Of a DNA stretch of 64,000 nt, positions 44,743-58,720 are shown one piece after another. Numbering within the stretch: position 1 is the first letter of the stretch; every line of letters begins with the position of its first letter. Where the stretch lies: positions 15,910,550 through 15,974,549 of the forward strand of contig CM082579.2 in NCBI GenBank assembly GCA_040954595.2, written 5' to 3'. The notes under the pieces are model-generated. The model did not search any database. It was not told the DNA's origin and worked only from the letters and a program-made list of their open reading frames with translations. The translations under genes were made by a program, and so were the position numbers. This stretch comes from Balanoglossus misakiensis. Lineage: Eukaryota; Animalia; Hemichordata.

Positions 44743-45962
44743 GCTGTTAATGAATTTAAATATTAAGTACAAGTAAAGTGTGCTAAAAATATATATGCCC
44801 CTATTGGCTAAAATAATCGAACAACATAGCTAATGTAGGAGTGCCAATAAAATCTGTAAAATGTAAAATAAACTATCACTCAGCAATATACTCCTCAGAA
44901 AAACAACCCTTCTAATAAAGGGTATTGTGAGTTAATGAACGTGAAAAAGGAAAACACCTTATAAATGGCCACCATATGATATGGTTACCGATAAAAGTGA
45001 TGTATAATACTTGTGACATGCATAGCAAAACCACCAATGGGTAACGATAAAATTGCCAGAATGTCACGACCCGAGGTAATGGTTCGGCGGGAAAAGTCAA
45101 ACAAAGTAGCAAAATAAACCTGCTAAAATTGATCATGTGACCCGTCAGGCGGGAATTGCACCGTGAAAAGATGCAAGCACTGATTTATAAATGATCCCAA
45201 CATTGAACAATAAATCTTGACAGAGACAAATTAAAATAAAAAGTAAACGTCTTTTCTATGAAAAAGACTATCATTTGTATCGCCCGATAATTTCTGGCGA
45301 GTAAAGATACCTTCACTTGTATCATGTTGCACTCGTACAATGAAAAGTCTAAATGTAATAACCAAGCCTCAAAATTTGAGATAAGAAAGTGCGTAATGTA
45401 ATGTAAAATGAAAATAAACCACGTAGATGAAAACCTTGGAAAAAGGTAAAAACGGACGCCGTAATATATCAATGTGTGGCTTGTAAAACTATACAAAAAA
45501 TTGTAATTACAACTCGGGATGCAAAACTGTGAAACGGCGTTAAATGAAAGCTACTATGAAATATTGAAAAACATATATACCGACAACTACTTCGTAAAAA
45601 AGAAAATAGCCTTAGCATTTACTGCCAATGCTATATGCAATTCTCTACAAAAACCTTATGAATGGTAGGAAATTGGCACTTGCCTGAAAAATCGAAGAAA
45701 AAGTGAAAATTCGAGGAGATGAACCAGCTCGTTGTCTTGAGGTCACGGCTGTAAAATGGAAAAGGCTGTTCCTAGTATTGACTCCCCCCCTATAGGAAAC
45801 TGCAAATATTGTCAAGGCGGGAAAATGAAGTTGCTCTTCCATGAAGTGTCTCCCCCCGGAGACTAAAGTGCTGTAAACCTCCCTGTCGGATAATAGAAAA
45901 CTGTAAAACTTGATCACTAAGAAGCATGTCTATAAATGCGATTATAATAGTGATTATAATCG

Positions 45963-48900
45963 TGCTTGTATGTTAAAAGTTTTTATGACTTTTACAAGCA
46001 ATGACACTGGCGGCATTCATCACGAAAATAACAATTTTAGCCACAATTTGGTCAAAATGGTAAATTTTTGAAATTTACAAAAAATACCTGTTTTCTACAT
46101 TTTCGGAAATCTGATGGAGTGTAGAATGCTCTTCGTATGTATATATCGATACAAATTCCACAAAAGACCGTCTAATTTGGCTCACTGCAGACAAAATTGC
46201 GTTTTACCAAATTTTCCTTGAAAATGTCATTTTTAGAAAAAAAAAAAAAAAAAAACCTTTGTTCTTCGAATTTGGTGCCCTGATCATATATGACATGTTG
46301 ATTGTATGTTAAAACTCTCGACCACTCCAAAAATGCTGAGATATTGACGGAATTCAAGAAAAATAGCCATTTTGGCCATATTTTGACAAAAATGGTAAAT
46401 TTTTGAAAAATCATAAAAAATTAACTCTTTTCTTCATTTTCGGAAATATTATGGAGCATGAAGTGTCGTTCTCTTGTAAAAAGTGCTGCAAATTCCAGAA
46501 AAGGCGGTATAATTTGAATCACCCAAGACAAAATTGCAATTTTTCGACTTTTTTTCGAAAAATTGTCTTTTTTACAAAATAAATAAGAATAAATTCTTTT
46601 CTTAGTTTCAAACGGGTAGAGATACTTTCCACACGGGTTTTCTAACATTGAATTCCCGTTCATCAACTCAGATTTCCTACAGCATAAGTCGGCTAAAACC
46701 CTGACACTCTAGAGCAGAAACAGTTGCAGACTGGTAACGTTGAACAAGTCGATTTTTCTACGGCCTGGCTCGGCTAAATCTCCGTCACAATATGACAGAC
46801 ACTAGCGTACGTTAGCAACGGTGATCAAGTCAGATTTTCTACGGCATGGGTTGGATAAAGCCCCGGCACTCTAGAGCAGAAACACGCGTACAGAGACCAC
46901 GTTGATCAAGTCTGATCTCCTACGGCTTGGCTCGACTAAAACCCCGGCACACTATGACAGACACTAGCGTTCGTTAGCAACGTTGATCAAGTCAGATTTC
47001 CTACGGCATGGCTTGGCTAAAGCCCTGGCACTCTAGAGCAGAAACACGCGTACAGAGACCACGTTGATCTACTCACATTTCCTTCGGCCTGGCACGGCTG
47101 ATGCCCCGGCACTATATATAGGACACAAACTGGCGTAAGTTAACAACGGTAATCACGTCGGGTTTCCTACGGCCTGGCTCAGCTGAAGCCCCGGCACTCT
47201 AGAGCAGAAACAGGCGTACATTGACCACGTTGATCAAGTCAGATTTCCTACGGCGTGACTCGGCTGGTGCACCGGCTCTATATGACACAGACTGGCGTAA
47301 GTTATCAACGGTGATTACGTCGGATTTCCTACGGCCTGGTTTAGCTGAAGCCCCGGCACTTTAGAGCGGAAACACGCGTACATTGACCACGATGATCAAG
47401 TCAGATCTCCTACGGCCTGGCTCGACTAAAACCCCGGCACACCATGACAGACACTAGCGTTCGTTAGCAACGGTGATCAAGTCGGATTTCCTTCGGCCTG
47501 GCTCTGCAAAAGACCCGACACTCTAGTACAAAGACGTTGGCTAAGTTGGGCAAACCGAAGAGGGAAAGTCGCAGCGGGTCAACACTCGACATTTGTTCCG
47601 GTAGGACTGCATTATTGCCTGTCGATTTATAGAGAGAGCCCGAATTTAACCAGGGCGTTTCAAACACCGACGTTTGTTGGGAGCACGGCCTACAGTACTG
47701 CCGGGTAAGCTGACATCGGCGTACCGCATATAATGTAAGGGGGGGGGGGGGACAGAACGGTTCAATACTACATTTATTAGATATCCGCTAATTTTGGACA
47801 ATCATCTAAAATCTAAATCATTTTTTCATTTTTGGATATCTGATGATGTATGAAATTTCCATTATATGTAAAAATGGTGCTTATTATAAAACATGCACTC
47901 TGAATGAACTGATTTAATACAAGATTGCGTTTTATTCGTTTTTGCACCAAAAAGGTCATTTTTAGGCAAAACATTCTTTATATTTTTAATTCGTTGACCT
48001 GATCATATATAAACAATTGCTTGTGTGTTAAACGTTTTTATGGCTTTTAAAAGCAGTGACACTGGCGGCATTCATCACGAAAATAACAATTTTAGCCACA
48101 ATTCGGTCAAAATGGTAAATTTTTGAAAATTACAAAAAATACCTGTTTTCTACATTTTCGGAAATCTGATGGAGTATAGAAAACTCTTCGTATGTATATA
48201 TCGATACAAATTCCACAAAAGACCGTCTAATTTGGCTCACTGCAGACAAAATTGCGTTTTGCCAAATTTTCCTTGAAAATGTCATTTTTAGAAAAAAAAT
48301 AAAAAACCTTTGTTCTTCGAATTTAGTGCCTGATCATATATGACATGTTGATTGTATGTTAAAACTTTCGACCACTCCAAAAATGCTGAGATATTGACGG
48401 AATTCAAGAAAAAATAGCCATTTTGGCCATATTTTGACAAAAATGGTAAATTTTTAAAAAATCATAACAAATTAACTCTTTTCTTCATTTTCGGAAATAT
48501 TATAGAGCATGAAGTGTCGTTCTCTTGTAAAAAGTGCTGCAAATTCCAGAAAAGGCGGTATAATTTGAATCACCCAAGACAAAATTACCATTTTCGACTT
48601 TTTTTCGAAATATTGTTTTTTTACAAAATAAATAAGAATACATTCTTTTCTTAGTTCCAAACGGGTAGAGATACTTTCCACACGGATTTCTAACATTGAA
48701 TTCCCGTTCATCAACCCAGATTTCCTACAAGTCGGCTAAAACCCTGACACTCTAGAACAGAAACAGTTGCACACTGGTAACGTTGAACAAGTCGATTTTT
48801 CTACGGCCTGGCTCGGCTAAATCTCCGTCACAATATGACATACACTAGCGTAGGTTGGCAACGGTGATCAAGTCAGATTTTCTACGGCATGGCTTGGATA

Positions 48901-51900
48901 AAGCCCCGGCACTCCAGAGCAGAAACACGCGTACAGAGACCACGTTGATCAAGTCTGATCTCCTACGGCTTGGTTCGACTAAAAGCCCGGCACACTATGA
49001 CAGACACTAGCGTTCGTTAGCAACGGTGATCAAGTCAGATTTTCTACGGCATGGCTTGGCTAAAGCCCTGGCACTCTAGAGCAGAAACACACGTACAGAG
49101 ACCACGTTGATCTACTCACATTTCCTTCGGCCTGGCACGGCTGATGCCCCGGCACTATATATAGGACACAAACTGGCGTAAGTTAACAACGGTAATCACG
49201 TCGGGTTTCCTACGGCCTGGCTCAGCTGAAGCCCCGGCTCTCTAGAGCAGAAACAGGCGTACATTGACCACGTTGATCAAGTAAGATTTCCTACGGCGTG
49301 ACTCGGCTGGTACACCGGCTCTATATGACACAGACTGGCGTAAGTTATCAACGGTGATTACGTCGGATTTCCTACGGCCTGGTTTAGCTGAAGCCCCGGC
49401 ACTTTAGAGCGGAAACACGCGTACATTGACCACGATGATCAAGTCAGATCTCCTACGGCCTGGCTCGACTAAAACCCCGGCACACCATGACAGACACTAG
49501 CGTTCGTTAGCAACGGTGATCAAGTCGGATTTTCTTCGGCCTGGCTCTGCAAAAGACCCGACACTCTAGTACAAAGACGTTGGCTAAGTCGGGCAAACCG
49601 AAGAGGGAAAGTCACAGCGGGTCAACACTCGACATTTGTTCCGGTAGGACTACATTATTGCCTGTCAATTTATAGAGAAAGCCCGAATTTAACCAGGGCG
49701 TTTCAAACACCGACGTTAGTTGTGGGCACGGCCTGCAGTACTGACGGGTAAGCTGACATCGGCGTACCGCATGTAATGTAGGGGGGGGGGACAGAACGGT
49801 TCAATACTACATTTATTAGATATCAGCTACTTTTGGACAATCATCTAAAATCTAAATCATTTTTTCATATTTGGATATCTGATGATGTATGAAATTTCCA
49901 TTATATGTAAAAATGGTGCTGATTATAAAAAATGCACTCTGAATGAGCTGATTTAATACAAAATTGCGTTTTATTCGTTTTTGCACCAAAAAGGTCATTT
50001 TTAGGGAAAACATTCTTTATTCTTTAAATTCGGTGACCTGATCATATATAAACAATTGCTTGTATGTTAAAAGTTTTAATGACTTTTAAAAGCAGTGACA
50101 CTGGCGGCATTCAACACGAAAATAACAATTTTAGCCACAATTCGGTCAAAATGGTAAATTTTTGAAAATTACAAAAAATACCTGTTTTCTACATTTTCGG
50201 AAATCTGATGGAGTATAGAATGCTCTTCGTATACATATATCGATACAAATTCCACAAAAAAAAACGGCCAATTTGGCTCACTGCAGACAAAATTGCGTTT
50301 TACCAAATTTTCCTTGAAAATGTCATTTTTAGAAAAAAAAATAAAAAAAACCTTTGTTCTTCGAATTTGGTGCCCTGATCATATATGACATGTTGATTGT
50401 ATGTTAAAACTTTCGACCACTCCAAAAATGCAGAGATATTGACGGAATTCAAGAAAAAATAGCCATTTTGGCCATATTTTAACAAAAATGGTAAATTTTT
50501 AAAAAATCATAAAAAATTAACTCTTTTCTTCATTTTCGGAAATATTATGGAGCATGAAGTGTCGTTCTCTTGTAAAAAGTGCTGCAAATTCCAGAAAAGG
50601 CGGTATAATTTGAATCACCCATGACAAAATTACCATTTTCGACTTTTTTTCGAAAAATTGTGATTTTTACAAAATAAATAAGAATAAATTCTTTTCTTAG
50701 TTTCAAAAGGGTAGAGACACTTTCCACACAAGTTTTTTAACATTGAAAACATTGAATTCCCATTCATCAACTCAGATTTCCTACAGCATAAGTCGGCTAA
50801 AACCCTGACACTCTAGAGCAGAAACAGTTGCACACTGGTAACGTTGAACAAGTCGATTTTTCTACGGCCTGGCTCGGCTAAATCTCCGTCACAATATGAC
50901 AGACACTAGTGTTCGTTAGCAACGTTGATCAAGTCAGATTTCCTACTGCATGGCTTGGCTAAAGCCCTGGCACTCTAGAGCAGAAACACGCGTACAGAAA
51001 CCACGTTGATCTACTCACATTTCCTTCGGCCTGGCACGGCTGATGCCCCGGCAGTATATATAGGACACAGACTGGCGTAAGTTAACAACGGTAATCACGT
51101 CGGGTTTCCTACGGCCTGGCTCAGCTGAAGCCCCGGCACTCTAGAGCAGAAACAGGCGTACATTGACCACGTTGATCAAATCAGATTCCTACGGCGTGAC
51201 TCCGCTGGTGCACCGGCTCTATATGACACAGACTGGCGTAAGTTATCAACAGTGATTACGTCGGATTTCCTACGGCCTGGTTTAGCTCAAGCCCCGGCAC
51301 TTTAGAGCGGAAACACGCGTACATTGACCACGATGATCAAGTCAGATCTCCTACGGCCTGGCTCGACAAAAACCCCGGCACACCATGACAGACACTGGCG
51401 TTCGTTAGCAACGGTGATCAAGTCGGATTTCCTTCGGCCTGGCTCTGCAAAAGACCCGACACTCTAGTACAAAGACGTCGGCTAAGTCGGGCAAACCGAA
51501 GAGGGAAAGTCACAGCGTGTCAACACTCGACATTTGTTCGGGTAGGACTGCATTATTGCCTGTCAATTTATAGAGAAAGCCCGAATTTAACCAGGGCGTT
51601 TCAAACACCGACGTTAGTTGGGGGCACGGCCTGCAGTACTGCCGGGTAAGCTGACATCGGCGTACCGCATATAATGTAGGGGAGGGGGGGGGGATACAGA
51701 ACGGTTCAATACTACATTTATTAGATATCAGCTAATTTTGGACAATCATCTAAAATCTAAATCATTTTTTCATATTTGGATATCTGGTGATGTATGAAAT
51801 TTCCATTATATGTAAAAATGGTGCTGATTATTAAAAAATGCACTCTGAATGAGCTTATTTAATACAAAATTGCGTTTTATTCGTTTTTGCACCAAAAAGG

Positions 51901-54900
51901 TCATTTTTAGGCCAAACATTCTTTATTTTTTTTAATTCGGTGACCTGATCATATATAAACAATTGCTTGTATGTTAAAAGTTTTTATGACTTTTAAAAGC
52001 AGTGACACTGGCGGCATTCAACACGAAAATAACAATTTTAGCCATAATTTGATCAAAATGGTAAATTTTTGAAAATTACAAAAAATACCTGTTTTCTACA
52101 TTTTCGGAAATCTGATGGAGTATAGAATGCTCTTCGTATGTATATATCGATACAAATTCCACAAAAGACAATCTAATTTGGCTCACTGCAGACAAAATTG
52201 CGTTTTACCAAATGTTCCTTGAAAATGTCATTTTTAGAAAAAAAACTAAAAAAAACTTTGTTCTTCGAATTTGGTGCCCTGATCATATATGACATGTTGA
52301 TTGTATGTTAAAACTTTCGACCACTCCAAAAATGCAGAGATATTGACGGAATTCAAGAAAAAATAGCCATTTTGGCCATATTTTGACAAAAATGGTAATT
52401 TTGTAAAAAATCATAAAAAATTAACTCTTTTCTTTATTTTCGGAAATATTATGGAGCATGAAGTGTCGTTCTCTTGTAAAAAGTGCTGCAAATTCAAGAA
52501 AAGGCGGTATAATTTGAATCACCCAAGACAAAATTACCATTTTCGACTTTTTTTCGAAAAATTGTCTTTTTTACAAAATAAATAAGAATAAATTCTTTTC
52601 TTATTTTCAAACGGGTAGAGATACTTTCCACACGGGTTTTCTAACAATGAATTCCCGTTCATCAACTCAGATTTCCTACAGCATAAGTCGGCTAAAACCC
52701 TGACACTCTAGAGCAGAAACAGTTGCACAAATGGTAACGTTGAACAAGTCGATTTTTCAACGGCCTGGCTCGGCTAAATCTCCGTCACAATATGACAGAC
52801 ACTAGCCTACGTTAGCAACGGTGATCAAGTCAGATTTTCTACGGCATGGGTTGGATAAAGCCCCGGCACTCTAGAGCAGAAACACGCGTACAGAGACCAC
52901 GTTGATCAAGTCTGATCTCCTACGGCTTGGCTCGACTAAAACCCCGGCACACTATGACAGACACTAGCGTTCATTAGCAACGTTGATCAAGTCAGATTTC
53001 CTACGGCATGGCTTGGCTAAAGCCCTGGCACTCTAGAGCAGAAACACGCGTACAGAGACCACGTTGATCTACTCACATTTCCTCCGGCATGGCACGGCTG
53101 ATGCCCCGGCACTATATATAGGACACAGACTGGCGTAAGTTAACAACGGTAATCACGTCGGGTTTCCTACGGCCTGGCTCAGCTGAAGCCCCGGCACTCT
53201 AGAGCAGAAACAGGCGTACAGTGACCACGTTGATCAAGTCAGATTTCCTACGGCGTGACTCGGCTGGTGCACCGGCTCTATATGACACAGACTGGCGTAA
53301 GTTATCAACGGTGATTACGTCGGATTTCCTACGGCCTGGTTTAGCTGAAGCCCCGGCACTTTAGAGCGGAAACACGCGTACATTGACCACGATGATCAAG
53401 TCAGATCTCCTACGGCCTGGCTCGACTAAACCCCGGCACACCATGACAGACACTAGCGTTCGTTAGCAACGGTGATCAAGTCGGATTTCCTTCGGCCTGG
53501 CTCTGCAAAAGACCCGACACATTAGTACAAAGACGTTGGCTAAGTCGGGCAAACCGAAGAGGGAAAGTCACAGCGGGTCAACACTCGACATTTGGTCGGG
53601 TAGGACTGCATTATTGCCTGTCAATTTATAGAGAAAGCCCGAATTTAACCAGGGCGTTTCAAACACCGACGTTAGTTGGGGGCACGGCCTGCAGTACTGC
53701 CGGGTAAGCTGACATCGGCGTACCGCATATAATGTAGGGGGGGGGGGGGAACAGAACGGTTCAATACTACATTTATTAGATATCAGCTAATTTTGGACAA
53801 TCATCTAAAATCTAAATCATTTTTTCATATTTGGATATCTGATGATGTATGAAATTTCCATTACATGTAAAAATGGTGCTGATTATAAAAAATGCACTCT
53901 GAATGAGCTGATTTAATACAAAATTGCGTTCTATTCGTTTTTGCGCCAAAAAGGTCATTTTTAGGCAAAACATTCTTTATTTTTTTAATTCGGTGACCTG
54001 ATCATATTTAAACAATTGCTTGTATGTTGAAAGTTTTTATGACTTTTAAAAGCAGTGACACTGGCGGCATTCAACACGAAAATAACAATTTTAGCCACAA
54101 TTTGGTCAAAATGGTAAATTTTTGAAAATTACAAAAAATACATGTTTTCTACATTTTCGGAAATCTGATGGAGTATAGAATGCTCTTCGTATGTATTTAT
54201 CAATAAGAATTCCACAAAAGACTGTCTAATTTGGCTCACTGCAGACAAAATTGCGTTTTACCAAATTTTCCTTGAAAATGTCATTTTTAGAAAAAAAAAT
54301 AAAAAAACCTTTGTTTTTCGAATTTGGTGCCCTGATCATATATGACATGTTGATTGTATGTTAAAACTTTCGACCACTCCAAAAAAGCAGAGATATTGAC
54401 GGAATTCAAGAAAAAATAGCCATTTTGGCCATATGTTGACAAAAATGGTAAATTTTAAAAAAATCTTAAAAAATTAACTCTTTTCTTCATTTTCGGAAAT
54501 ATTATGGAGCATGAAGTGTCGTTCTCTTGTAAAAAGTGCTGCAAATTCCAGAAAAGGTGGTATAATTTGAATCACCCAAGACAAAATTACCATTTTCGAC
54601 ATTTTCCGAAAAATTGTCTTTTTTACAAAATAAATAAGAATAAATTCTTTTCTTAGTTTCAAACGGGTAGAGATACTTTCCACACGGGTTTTCTAACATT
54701 GAATTCCCGTTCATCAACTCAGATTTCCTACAGCATAAGTCGGCTAAAACCCTGACACTCTAGAGCAGAAACAGTTGCACACTGGTAACGTTGAACAAGT
54801 CGATTTTTCTACGGCCTGGCTCGGCTAAATCTCCGTCAAAATATGACAGACACTAGCGTACGTTAGCAACGGTGATCAAGTCAGATTTTCTACGGCATGG

Positions 54901-57305
54901 CTTGGATAAAGCCCCGGCACTCTAGAGCAGAAACACGCGTACAGAGACCACGTTGATCAAGTCTGAACTCCTACGGCTTGGCTCGACTAAAACCCCGGCA
55001 CACTATGACAGACACTAGCGTTCGTTAGCAACGTTGATCAAGTCAGATTTCCTACGGCATGGCTTGGCTAAAGCCCTGGCACTCTAGAGCAGAAACACGC
55101 GTACAGAGACCACGTTGATCTACTCACATTTCCTTCGGCCTGGCACGACTGATGCCCCGGCACTATATATAGGACACAGACTGGCGTAAGTTAACAACGG
55201 TAATCACGTCGGGTTTCCTACGGCCTGGCTCAGCTGAAGCCCCGGCACTCTAAAGCAGAAACATGCGTACATTGACCACGTTGATCAAGTCAGATGTCCT
55301 ACGGCGTGACTCGGCTGGTGCACCGGCTCTATATGACACAGACTGGCGTAAGTTATCAACGGTGATTACGTCGGATTTCCTACGGCCTGGTTTAGCTGAA
55401 GCCCCGGCACTTTAGAGCGGAAACACGCGTACATTGACCACGATGATCAAGTCAGATCTCCTACGGCCTGGCTCGACTAAACCCCGGCACACCATGACAG
55501 ACACTAGCGTTCGTTAGCAACGGTGATCAAGTCGGATTTCCTTCGGCCTGGCTCTGCAAAAGACCCGACACTCTAGTACAAAGACGTTGGCTAAGTCGGG
55601 CAAAACGAAGAGGGAAAGTCACAGCGGGTCAACACTCGACATTTGTTCGGGTAGGACTGCATTATTGCCTGTCAATTTATAGAGAGAGCCCGAATTTAAC
55701 CAGGGCGTTTCAAACACCGACGTTAGTTGGGGGCACGGCCTGCAGTACTGCCGGGTAAGCTGGTATCGGCGTACCGCATATAATGTAGGGGGGGGGGGAC
55801 AGAACGGTTCAATACTTCATTTATTAGATATCAGCTAATTTTGGACAATCATCTAAAATCTAAATCATTTTTTCATATTTGGATATCTGATGATGTATGA
55901 AATTTTCAATATATGTAAAAATGGTGCTGATTATAAAAAATGCACTCTGAATGAGCTGATTTAATACAAAATTGCGTTTTATTCGTTTTTGCACCAAAAA
56001 GGTCATTTTTAGGCAAAACATTCTTTATTTTTTTAATTCGGTGACCTGATCATATATAAACAATTGCTTGTATGTTAAAAGTTTTTATGACTTTTAAAAG
56101 CAGTGACACTGGCGGCATTCAACACGAAAATAACAATTTTAGCCACAATTTGGTCTAAATGGTAAATTTTTGAAAATTACAAAAATACCTGTTTTCTACA
56201 TTTTTGGAAATCTGATGGAGTATAGAATGCTCTTCGTATATATATATCGATACAAATTCCACAAAAAAACGGCCAATTTGGCTCACTGCAGACAAAATTG
56301 CGTTTTACCAAATTTTCCTTGAAAATGTCATTTTTAGAAAAAAAAATAAAAAAACCTTTGTTTTTCGAATTTGGTGCCCTGATCATATATGACATGTTGA
56401 TTATATGTTAAAACTTTCGACCACTCCAAAAATGCAGAGATATTGACGGAATTCAAGAAAAAATAGCCATTTTGGCCATATTTTGACAAAAATGGTAAAT
56501 TTTTAAAAAATCATAAAAAATTAACTCTTTTCTTCATTTTCGGAAATATTATGGATAATGAAGTGTCGTTCTCTTTTGAAAAGTGCTGCAAATTCCAGAA
56601 AACGCGGTATAAATTGAATCACCCAAGACAAAATTACCATTTTCGACTTTTTTTCGAAAAATTGTCTTTTTTACAAAATAAATAAGAATAAATTCTTTTC
56701 TTAGTTTCAAACGGGTAGAGATACTTTCCACACGGGTTTTCTTACATTGAATTCCCGTTCATCAACTCAGATTTCCTACAGCATAAGTCGGCTAAAACCC
56801 TGACACTCTAGAGCAGAAACACGCGTACAGAGATCACGTTGATCAAGTCTGATCTCCTACGGCTTGGCTCGACTAAAACCCCGGCACACTATGACAGACA
56901 CTAGCGTTCGTTAGCAACGTTGATCAAGTCAGATTTCCTACGGCATGGCTTGGCTAAAGCCCTGGCACTCTAGAGCAGAAACACGCGTACAGAGACCACG
57001 TTGATCTACTCACATTTCCTTCGGCCTGGCACGGCTGATGCCCCGGCACTATATATAGGACACAGACTGGCGTAAGTTAACAACGGTAATCACGTCGGGT
57101 TTCCTACGGCCTGGCTCAGCTGAAGCCCCGGCACTCTAGAGCAGAAACAGGCGTACATTGACCACGTTGATCAAGTCAGATTTCCTACGGCGTGACTCGG
57201 CTGGTGCACCGGCTCTATATGACACAGACTGGCGTAAGTTATCAACGGTGATTACGTCGGATTTCCTACGGCCTGGTTTAGCTGAAGCCCCGGCACTTTA
57301 GAGCG
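45963..57305. repeat. Macrosatellite segment 5
   Basis: Poly-G markers at ~47739, 49781, 51679, 53737, 55787. Confidence 0.97.
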
Positions 57306-58212
57306 AGACGTTCTTTGCCGAGTAGGATGCTGTCAGACAACGCATCGACTTATTTATCGGCTGCCAATGAAATCAAAACACTGTTTGATACGCCAGAAGT
57401 AAATGACTTTCTCGCCGCACATCGTGTACAATGGACGTTTATACCGAAGCGCGCGCCCTGGTTTGGTGGCTTCTGGGAGAGGCTGATTGCTTTGACAAAG
57501 AACGCTATTAGGAAAACTCTCGGTCGAGCTTACCTAACCTTTGATGAACTCGCAACAGTTGTGACTGAAATTGAAGCCGTTTTAAACGACAGGCCGTTAA
57601 CGTACGTGTCATCCAGTATAAACGACAACATTGGATTGACCCCAAATCACTTGCTACATGGCAGGACACTGACATCATTGCCGTACATCGAGATCACCGA
57701 CGAAGAGGTGATTGACCCATCTTACTGTGATAATCGTGAAATCAACAAAAGATATGAACATCTATCAAGATTACACGATCAATTTTGGCGAAGATGCCCT
57801 ACGTGAACGACATCCCACCAAAGGAACTCGTGATAATGTCATCAAGGTCGGAGATGTCGTGATAATACACAGTGACACTGACAAACGTCCGAAATGGCAT
57901 TTAGGAACTGTAACAAGGTTGATCTTCGGTAATGATAAACTGGTACGATCTGCGGAGTTGAACACCGCAGGTGGTCCTACAAACCGACCTATCCATAAAT
58001 TGTACCCATCGGAAGTTGTCTCCAAGGAGCTGTCAACTGTGTCTGGAGATAATACAGGTATTGGAGCAGATTCCAACACGAATACTGAAACAGTCGACAC
58101 AGCTGGAGCCTCTGAAGATTCCTCGGTGAAGGCGGATGTTGTACCCCCGAGACGACCTGTCAGAGACTCTGCAGTTGCCGCTCGAGTACGAATAGCGGAT
58201 CTCTCTATTTGA
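57306..58212 (+). pseudogene. BEL integrase fragment with a frameshifting deletion near 57796
   Basis: FWRR is followed by a frame switch to ALRERH; the intervening W..EYLP of the intact BEL element is missing. Confidence 0.88.
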
Positions 58213-58384
58213 CTTTGAAATTGGAAAACAATTTCGATCGCATTGTGACTGTTATCATGTTTACTGACACAATGAACATTAGTTTATTATCCTTGAACAC
58301 TTTAGGTGACTTTAATCATATTTCATGTTATTTGATGTTTTTTTTTCTGACGATTTTCGAGACTTTCCTTTGCGCGGGGGAGAA

Positions 58385-58720
58385 TATGGAGAAGTGAGAG
58401 ATTTACTCCAGAAGGATCACGTGACGGAAACTCTTACCCTATCAGAGTTGACTTTGTTTCCCGCCAAACTTTATACTTGTAGCAGATTTATTGTAATTTT
58501 TGAGTGTTTGCTCCGGCGTTCGTGGGACTTATATATAACCCAGTTTTGGCGCTTTCGGGCAGCATTTTCTAAGGAGCTCTGTGGTGTTACTTTGTTGTTG
58601 GATTCAGATGGTAATAAACCAGTGTTTTACCTAGCACTGAATCGTTCGCTTCTTTTCCGACGTCAGTATACTCGAACCCCCTCCCGGGAGTATTGATCAC
58701 TGCCACGATACTTCCCCACA
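58385..58720 (+). repeat. 3' LTR of the second BEL element (~336 bp, TA...CA)
   Basis: Follows the PPT; imperfect terminal IR TATGGAGAAGT / ACTTCCCCACA; TATATAA near 58532; AATAAA at 58613. There is no second copy to confirm the ends. Confidence 0.75.

Larger units (their letters stand above)
40694..45962 (-). mobile_element. Tyrosine-recombinase retrotransposon (DIRS order, Ngaro-like), ~5.27 kb
   Basis: Overlapping gag, RT/RNase H and YR ORFs on the minus strand, no methyltransferase domain; satellite interrupted at CAAT-TGCTT-GTATG with TGCTT on both sides (40689-40693 and 45963-45967). Confidence 0.95.
57306..58720 (+). mobile_element. 5'-deleted BEL/Pao element of a second family (integrase C-terminus, PPT, 3' LTR)
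   Basis: RRSLPSRMLSDNA...PWFGGFWERL homologous to, but clearly diverged from, the first BEL element; PPT GGGGGAGAA; unrelated LTR. Confidence 0.93.

Noticed and set aside
45920-45967. Helitron-type 3' hairpin
   Set aside because: No CTRR terminus or RepHel ORF; the hairpin lies at the 5' end of a YR retroelement.
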